A stretch of 24,176 nucleotides of DNA, from contig CAZHCL010000011.1 in the NCBI GenBank assembly GCA_964530955.1, positions 1 to 24,176 of the forward strand, read 5' to 3'. Of the stretch, positions 14,666 through 24,100 are shown piece by piece. Under the pieces are notes generated by a model. It saw only the letters and a list, made by a program, of their open reading frames with translations, had not been told where the DNA came from and ran no database searches. The position numbers and the translations under genes are program-made. The stretch comes from Candidatus Woesearchaeota archaeon. GTDB taxonomy: Archaea > Nanobdellota > Nanobdellia > Pacearchaeales > GW2011-AR1. Numbering within the stretch: the first letter of the stretch is position 1; the number at the start of each line of letters is the position of its first letter.

Positions 14666-14997
14666 AAAGAGAATACAAACTTTATTTGAATGATATAACT
14701 AATTGTATTAAACAAATTGAAGGATACATGAAAGGTGTTTCTGAAGAGGAATTTAGAAAGAATGAATTGCTCCAAGATGCAGTTATAAGAAGGTTTGAGA
14801 TTATCGGTGAAGCCAGTAGGAATATTCCCAGAGCATTAAAAGAAAAAAACAGACATGTACCTTGGTTCGATATGTCACAATTCAGAGATTTAATTGCTCA
14901 TGGATATTTTGAAGTTAGCTTAAATAAAGTTTGGAAAGAGTTTAAGAATGAACTTCCTAAGATAAAAGAAGCAATGAAAAATATAACTTTGATTTAA
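14662..14997 (+). CDS. hepT: HEPN (DUF86) RNase toxin
   Basis: QDAVIRRFEIIGEA and RDLIAHGY = RX4HXY. Confidence 0.93.
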   Translation: MKREYKLYLNDITNCIKQIEGYMKGVSEEEFRKNELLQDAVIRRFEIIGEASRNIPRALKEKNRHVPWFDMSQFRDLIAHGYFEVSLNKVWKEFKNELPKIKEAMKNITLI

Positions 14998-15148
14998 TCT
15001 TATTTGCAAAGTATAAATTTCTATTAAAATTAACACGAACTTTAAATATTTATTAATCTGTCAGTAAAAAATTTGCTCTTCTTTTATATCTGCTAAATCA
15101 GAGATATTAGTTACTCCACAAGCATTAAAATGACATGCCAAGAAAGCA

Positions 15149-15156
15149 TTTAAATA
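15149..15156 (+). promoter_or_regulatory. TATA box TTTAAATA for the giant gene (probably leaderless transcript)
   Basis: 27 nt upstream of ATG 15184, preceded by purine-rich AAGAAAG. Confidence 0.6.
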
Positions 15157-15183
15157 TCTATTTTTACTCTACAAATTGGAAAG

Positions 15184-18100
15184 ATGGTGCATAAAAGGTT
15201 TATCAAAAAAGGTGGTAAAAGTTATGGTCCCTATTACTACGAAAGCTACAGAGAAGATGGAAAGGTAAAGAAAAAATATATTGGGACAAGTCCTCAAAAA
15301 AATAATTTTAGCGTTGATTTTTCCCAAATTAAATCAGTTACTCCACAAATTTTAATTGTTCTTTTAATCATTGCTGTTGCTTATTTTGGTGTTTCGCATT
15401 TCATTACTGGGAAAGCAATAAGTGATGGAACATCAGCAGATAATTCTGCTCAGCAAAATTCTGTTGACCAGAATAATGCACCTGCAGACACTACAGGAAA
15501 TTCTGCAACTTCTGCTCAGAGTTCTGACAGCAATTCTGGAAGTTCGGATTCTGGAAATCTGACAACTGGTGGAACTGCTGATACAACAACTTCTCCAGCA
15601 AATTCAGATTCTGGTTCAACTGGTCAAGGAACAGCAACAAATGGAGCAACAGATAACTCTTCAAATCAGCAACAAGAGCAGGCTCCCGTTTCTCAAGAAA
15701 ATAATACGCCTACTAATCAAACAGTCAATGTTCCAGAAGAAAATTCATCTTTGAATCAAACTATTACTAATCAAACTATTCCAAATGAAACAATAATAAA
15801 CCAAACTATAACTAATGAAACTTCTGCAAATAATGAGTCAAATCTAACTTTGCCTAATCAGACAATTGTTAATCAAACTTTAACAAATGAAACTTTTTCA
15901 AATAATACAATAATTAATGAAACACTGACAAATCAAACAGCCGTAAATGAAACAATAATAAACCAAACTATTACTAATCAGACTCAGGTAAATTTAACGC
16001 TTGAAAACTTGAGCATACTGGCAGTAATTCCAACTATAAGGATTGCTGCAAATGGTAGTGCGCAGGTAACATTATCTGATTATTTTTCTGGGGCTGAAAG
16101 TTATTCTTTCAATGCTCTAAATATCAGCTCTGCAATAAATGGTGATGTTTTGACTTTGACTCCTGATTCTGGATTTAGGGGAGCGAGGAAAGGAACAATA
16201 ACTGCTTATTCAGGAAACGATTCTTTGCAGAGTAATAGTTTTGACATATTTGTTTCTTCAGGAGCAATAAATATTCAGACAATAAGAAACAAGATAAAAC
16301 TTGGAGAGCCTGTTAAATGGACTAAGAACGTAACTCTTGACAATCCTCAACAGCTTTCTCTTGAATTGCCTAGTGATGCGAGCAACATAACTGTAACTAA
16401 AACTGATTCCTCGCAAGGCTCTAGTTCAAAGAGTATTACAGGAAACGTTATATCTGATTCCAATGGCAATAAAAAATCATTAAGCTTTTTAGATAGATTA
16501 TTTAATTTTTTCAGGCTTTTCCTTCTTACTGGAAGAGCAATTTCAGATACTTCCCAAAATCAGGACATAGCAAATAATACTACAAATGCCACTATTCAGG
16601 TTACTCTTAATGATAATGCAACCCAATACACTGTTGAATATACAACTCCTTCTCCAGTTTCAACTGAAAAAGATATCTTGGGAGGGAAACAAATGTCTAT
16701 TTCTGCTCCTGAAGAATTAAACTACACTGATGTAATTGCTAATACAAATATTTCTGATGCAAGCAAGATTGCTGATGCAGGAACAATAAAGATTTATTGG
16801 CATAATTATGATCCTGCAGCTGTTCAGGCTGCGGAAGATAAAGATGCTGCTGCTTTGCAGGCATTGAAAGAGCAGGCAAAGCAAGTCTCTGAAGTTGCAA
16901 ATTCTACCGTAGTTGAGGATGTCAATCTTGGAAGCAATGAAACACTTCCAACAGTAATTAACTCTACATTTGATAATGCAACTTCTGATTTAGGTAATGT
17001 TACAGATAATAGCACAGCAGATAATTTCTCTTCAAATGTATCTTCAAGTATTTTGACAGGAAATGCAATTCTTGATGGTGATGTTGCAAATTCAACAGCC
17101 ATAGAAAATATGACTAATGATAGCAATGTAACAGACAACGCAACATTAAATGCAACTAATAATACTAACGTAGGTGTAAGCACAAGCGTTCTTACAGATG
17201 CCAATGGAGGAAAGTATATTCTTCAGGAAGTTCCATTTGATGCCTATGATACAAACGGAGATGGGAATATTGATTATGTTGAATGGGTAGTTCCTCACTT
17301 TTCAAACCAGACCTATGATATAATATTAATCAGTAAGGCAGAGCATCTTGATGAAAATAAGACTTTCATTGAGGATGTTTATACTCAGGTTCAAGCTTTA
17401 GATAATGTAACTGCTGAAATACCTGCAGGAGATTACTTAAGAGTAAGTTTCCAGCAGAACTTGACAAACAAGAACGATATTACTTTCTACGGAGCAAGCA
17501 ATTCAACTGATAACTCAAGCTCAACAATAGAGGTTTATGAGAAAGACCAAAACAGAACTATCGCATTATTTGATAACGTAAGCTCTTTCAACAAATATAG
17601 AATAACTTTGGATAATTTAAGCAGTGATGATAATTATTCTCAAGGCACTTTTGATTTGCTGATTAAAGGTAATCCAGTTGACTTTGACTATGTTGTTGAC
17701 CCTTACACAGATACGGGTGCTTTGGCCCAGAATGTCAATGATTGCGGAATATTGAATACTAGTAATGCGGTTTATACATTAATTAATAACGTAAGCACAA
17801 CATCTACTTGCTTCAATATAACTGCCAATAATATAACTTTTAATGGAGCTGGATTTACGGTCAATTATTCAAGTGTAGGCGCAACTTCAGATAGTGGCTT
17901 TTCTATCAGTGGTTACAATTTTACTACGGTAAAGAATACGAAGTTTTTATTTTCATCTATTACTACTCCTAATACTGGGATTGCATTCCTTTTGGCAGGA
18001 TCAAACAATGGAACTTATGTTAATGATACTTTTTTAAGGACAATTCAGGGCACTGCTCCTTTCTTTTCTTTATCATCTTCATCACAAAATAATATAAGTT

Positions 18101-21100
18101 ATAATTTCGCCTTTGGTAACGGGTATACGAATCAATTTATTAATGATTTCGGTTCAGGTTCGCTTAATATTCTTGCTAATAATAATATAACTTATTCAGG
18201 AGCTAATTCGGCTGCCGGAATTCGTTTAGCAGCTGGAGGGCAAAATCAAATATTCAATAATCAACTTTATTCAACAGAAAGTTTAAGTCCATATGCGATA
18301 TTTTTAATAAATGGAAATGATGGGTCTATTATATATAATAATAGTATAACTCTTACCGGTGGATCTGGAGGAGCGATTACAACTCAAGGTGCAAATAATA
18401 TTACTATGTTCAATAACACTATAAATTGCCTTGCGACTGCTACTGGAATTAGCATAGGAACATCAACAAATATTACTCTTTCACAAAATCTACTTAATAC
18501 AACTCAAGGCTTAGGAATTATTGTTTCAGGAACAGCTATTAATCAGCTAAACCAGACAATTGACTCTTTAAACTTAGCCGAAGGACTGCCCGTAAATTAT
18601 ACTTTTGGATTAAATAATTCTCTTATTCAGAATATAAATAGTTCTACCTATGGGCAGATAATCTGTGCATCTTGTAATAATGTAACTTATAATAATATTA
18701 CTATGTATAATGTCGATGGAATTTCATTGATTAATTCAACTAGTATGGTTGTAAATAATTCTAATTTTACTTCTAACAGAGGATATGGTGTATACATAAC
18801 TGCTGGAGCAAATAACATTACGGTTTCAAATAATAATATCTATGAATATCTGAATGCTAATTTATACGGTGTTTACACTGGCTGGACTTCTAATACGGTT
18901 ATACCCAATAATATTTATATAACTGGAAATAACATTACTTATAATACTAGTGCTAGTGCTAGTGGTGGCTCGGTTTACTTTACTGCTCCCATTACTAACT
19001 CCATTGTTAGTAATAATAACTTATCGGTCAGAGGTTCTGGTACAAAATATGGATTCTATTTGGCTCAGCCCTCTGTAATAGCGAATAACATTTCTATTTT
19101 GTCTAATATCTTTTCTACTGGAGGCATAGAGATGAGCGGGGGTGCTCCCAATAGTGTTTTTGATAACAATCAGCTTAATAATATCAGTGTTCCATATGCT
19201 TTTGATTTTTCTGGTATCTTTGATAACGATACAATAACTAACAATCGTATAACCAGCGCCAATAGTGCTCGTGTTATTGATTTTAGGGGGGGTGCTGCTT
19301 CAGGTCTTTATGTTGCTAACAACACGATTACTACTATTGCAGATATTCCTGCTATGTATGTTGAAAGTGCAATCACAAATAGTAGGTTCATAAATAACAC
19401 TATTACTTCTGTTGCGACTACCCAAAATCCTTTTACTTTTGGTGTGGCTGGAAATTCAAACGTTACTTTCACTGGACTGAAAATTTATGGGAGCGTTAGC
19501 AATGCTATTGATAGTTTTAAGGTTGCTTTTGCAAGTAATTTCACAATGACTGACAGTGTATTAAATACTTCATCAACCCATAGTGCTTTTTTAATCAGTA
19601 ATTCTGTTCCTTGGGGATATTGGAATTTCACAAATGTAACTGAAGCAGATGGAACTCCTATTAATATTTCTTGGGGCGGGGGAGCGAATGGAACTGCAAA
19701 TAATATATATTATCTTGATGCAAACGCAAGCTATCCAACGGGAACGCCAGCGGTCAGTGCTAACATAACTGGATATAGAAATGATGGCCTCCTTTGGTTT
19801 AGTAATCTTACTGACTCAAATGGATTAATTCAAAGGCAGACTGTATTGCAATATAAACTTACAAACAACTCTGCAGGAAGTAGTGTTTATACATGGTATT
19901 CTAATTATACTGTGAATGGAACTGATGTTTATGGAAATGGAGACGCTCATTCTATCAATATCACGGGAAATATGGTGGGTTCAAGTGCAGTTACATTAAG
20001 CTTTGTTAATCTGACTAGTGGATGTGTAAATATATCTAATCCAAATGCTTATATTTTACTTACTGCGAATATAACTTCAACTGGAACTTGTCTTACAGTG
20101 CTTGCGAATAATGTAACTATTGACGGGGGAGGATATACAATTAATTATTCTAGCGCTGGTGGTTCAATAGGATACGGAATTAATGTCACTAATTATAATT
20201 TTACAACAATAAAAAATGTCAAAATTACTGAAGGGACTTCGACGACTAATAGTAAGCCAGCGATATCTTTATCAAATGCATACAATGTAACCATACAAAA
20301 TAATACTCTCTTAACGAGCGGTCTGTTTTCAGATGGAATTGATATGGCTAATAATAAATATGCCCTTATCACAGGTAATATTATTAATACAACTACTGGA
20401 GGTGCTAGTTCTGGAGGTTATGCAGTATTTATGAGCTGTAGTAGTACTAACCATAATATTTCAGGTAATTCGATATTTACTTCGAGCAATGGAAATAGCA
20501 TACGTTCTATATACGGTAGTTGTGGTGTCAGTGGAGGAAATAATCTCTTCATTGGATATAATAATATAAGTTCATATGACTATCAAATTTATGTTCATTC
20601 TGGTAACACTATAATTGGAAACAATTTAACTGATGCTGCTCCATCTGGTGCAAGAGGATTCTCAATTGATTCGAATAATATTCTGATTAATAATTCTTGG
20701 TCTATTCCAAATGCATATGATACTTTTGCATATCCATTTCAAATAACTGCGGGTAATAATACTCTTACTGGAAATAAATTTTCTGACCCTAATGTTATTA
20801 CTTTCACTTTGACTGGAACAACTTTGGCGAATCTTAATAATACCTTAGACTCTTCAAACTTAATAGGCGGTATTCCAATTAATTTTTCATTTGCACTGAA
20901 TAATGCAGTTATTCAAAATGCCAACAGTTCGACATATGGCTCTATATTTTGCGTATATTGTAATAATGTTACTTATAATAACATCACCATGTTCAATGGA
21001 GATGGAATATACTTGATTAATTCATCCAACTCAGTTGTAAGTAATTCTAATTTAACAACCAATAAGGGGTTTGGAGTATACATTTCTGTTAACGGGTTTA

Positions 21101-24100
21101 ATAATACTGTTGTAAATAATACTATTGCTACAAAAACAAACAATTTATTGTATGGTGTTTATTCATCTTCTTCTAATTATACTAGTGTTATTGGGAACAA
21201 CATTACTACAAGTACGACTGGTTCATCTGCCGTCTCTTTAACTACTTCTTTATTTGGAATTATTAACAATAATAATATTACCGCAACAGGCTCTGGGACT
21301 GGGCTGTATGGTTTGGGAATTAGTTTACTTACAGCATCAAATAATAACACTATGAGTGGGAATATTATAAAGACCACGAGTTCTGCAGCTCCGCCTATCT
21401 TTTTATCCTCTTCAAATAATAATATTGTCTTAAACAATTCATTGACTTCTACAGGTACTAATGGATTTGGAGTAGATATACAATCGTCTTCCAACAACAG
21501 CATTATAAATAATACTATATCTTGTTCTAATAGCAATTCAGCAGGCATTTTGTCTCAGGGTGTATCTACAAATGATAGAAATGTACTTACTAATAATTCA
21601 ATAGCAATGATGGGTATTCAGTCATACGGAATACAACTTTTACAATCAAGTAGCAACACCATCAGTCAAGGTTCAATAAGAGTTAGTTCAATTGCACAGA
21701 ATGGAATTTATATTCAATCTAGTACTAATGATTTGATTTCAGGTGTTAATGTAATAATCAATTCTACTTCTGGAACGGGAGCTATTCAGACTAGCGGTTC
21801 GAGTAGTTTTTTCATTAATGATTCATACTTAAACTCTTCAAATTCAGCAACTGGTGAGTTTTACATATCTGCTGGAGTTGCTTCAGGAACTTGGAATTTC
21901 ACAAATGTAAGTCGCTTAAATGGTGGTCTTATTAATGTCACTTGGACTGGTGGTTCAAAGGGTACTTTGAATTATATGTGGTGGGTAAGTGCGAATACAA
22001 CTGTGAATCAGACGAAAGGTCCTTTGGCGGGAGTAAATGTGAGTGCTTGGAATGTGAACAATGTCAGTATGTTTAGCGAGATATCTGGCAGTTTGGGGAA
22101 TATTTCTAGTTATCCTTTACTTCAGTATACGATGACAAATAACAGTGCTGGAGGTACTGTAACTACATATTATTCGCCTTATACCCTTAATGCAACAAAG
22201 AGCGGTTATAATACTTATTCAAATGCAACTATTAATTTGACTACAAATTATCTTGTAAATGCAGGATTGTTCGACATTGTTCCTACATTGCAGTTTGTAT
22301 CTCCAACTGATACAGATAGTTCTAATCTAACTAGAAACAATATATTTGCAAACGTTAGTGTGACTGATACTACATTTGTAAATGTAACTCTTAATCTTTA
22401 TAATGCGACAAGCAATGCATTAGTTAATAGCACAACTTCAACAAGTCCTATTTATTATGTTAACTTTATTGGTCTCGGTGATGGCACTTATTATTTAAAT
22501 GCAACTGCTGCTGACTTGGCTGGAACTCTAAACTCAACTGAAACTAGAAGGATTACCGTGGATACGGTCATGCCTACGATAAATGTAACCTCTCCTTTAG
22601 CCCAGAATTATACTACAAATAATATTACAATTAATTTCACTTCTGCTGACTTTAATGGAATAAGTGCCCGATGGTTTTACAATGGAACTACAAATATTAC
22701 ATATTCTGGGGTAACAAGTGTTATTGCGCCTGAGGGCAGTAACAATTTTACATTTTATTCAAATGATACTTTCGGTAATTTGAATTCTACTTCAGTTACT
22801 TTCTTTGTTGACTCCATAATTCCGCTAATACAGTTTGTATCTCCTACAGATACAAATGCTTCTCAGCTTTCTCGTAGTAATATATTAGTAAATGTAACTG
22901 CTTCAGATACCAATTTAAAAAATATTACTATATTTCTTTACAATTCAACTAATAATTTAATTAACACTACAATTAGCACAACATCTCCTTCATATATTAA
23001 CTATGTCGGTCTTTTAGATGGGAATTATTCCTTCAATTCTACGGTTTATGATACTCTTGGAAATAAAAATAGTACTGAGACTAGAACGATAACTCTTGAT
23101 ACAATTGGACCTAATATAACAATAAATTATCCTTTAAATACTACAACGCACTTTTCTGCAGTAATATCATTCAATGCAACTGCGATTGATTTGCAAAGAG
23201 GAATTTCTTCATGTGTTTACAGCCTTGATAATGTAGCGAATGTAACTATGAGCGCATTGAATACAACATTCTTTAATTATTCTTATTCTGGAATAGGTCA
23301 TGGATTGCATAATGTTACTGTTTCATGTAATGATACATTGAATAACTGGAATTCTGCTTCAATGTATAATTTCAATGTAAACTTGCTTGACTTGACTATC
23401 CATAGTGTCACTTTGACTAATCCAGTATACCCTAATTCAACTTTAATATCTATTAATGTATCAAATGATGGTGCGCCTAATGCAACGAACATAAATGTAA
23501 GCTGTTATCTTGATAATGTTTTGTTTGATTCTTCTTTAATAAGCCAGATAAATGGCGGGCAGGATTACATTACCAATTGTACGAGAACGTTTTATTCAGG
23601 AAACTTCACATTAAATGTAACTCTTGACCCTCTAAATGTAATTCCTGAAAGCAATGAGACTAATAACGCCAATATAACTACTGTAAACGCAGTTGTTGCA
23701 ATAAGAAATGAAAGTCATAATGGACTGATAACTTCATTGCAGACAGTTAATTATAATGAAAATGTAAACTTGACTTTGAATATTCCAAATGGAACAATAA
23801 ATACGACCCGTGCGGGATATAATTTGAGTGCTGTTTGGGCAAACATTACTTTACCTAATGGAGCAATAAATAAACTCTACCTATCTGGAAATAGTGCTGG
23901 AGGAATATGGAATGCTACCTATATCGCTTCAACATTGCTTGGAAATTATTCAGTTGTTTATTCTGCGAATCTTACAAATGGATTTAACTTTGTTCAGAAT
24001 GTTACAACCAGTTTCATTGTTAAAAATACCTCTATAAGTATTGTTGCTTCTCAAAGTGTAAACACGACAAATATAATCCCTATATCTGGTTTGATTAGAT

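Noticed and set aside
15061-15168. Minus-strand stop-free stretch (RYLNAFLACHFNACGVTNISDLADIKEEQIFY) as a gene remnant
   Set aside because: No ATG, short, overlaps the giant gene's promoter, no family recognised.
15184-15290. IS1634-like transposase or insertion sequence
   Set aside because: Only a short N-terminal resemblance; it is followed by a TM and ectodomain, with no DDE domain or terminal inverted repeats.
15109-15348. 13-bp repeat AGTTACTCCACAA (15109-15121 and 15336-15348)
   Set aside because: One copy is intergenic and one coding, with no structural context; repeats of this length are expected by chance in AT-rich DNA.
15569-23492. ORFs 15569-15754(+), 16824-17204(-), 21177-21548(-), 23298-23492(-)
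   Set aside because: Out-of-frame or antisense shadows within the giant ORF.
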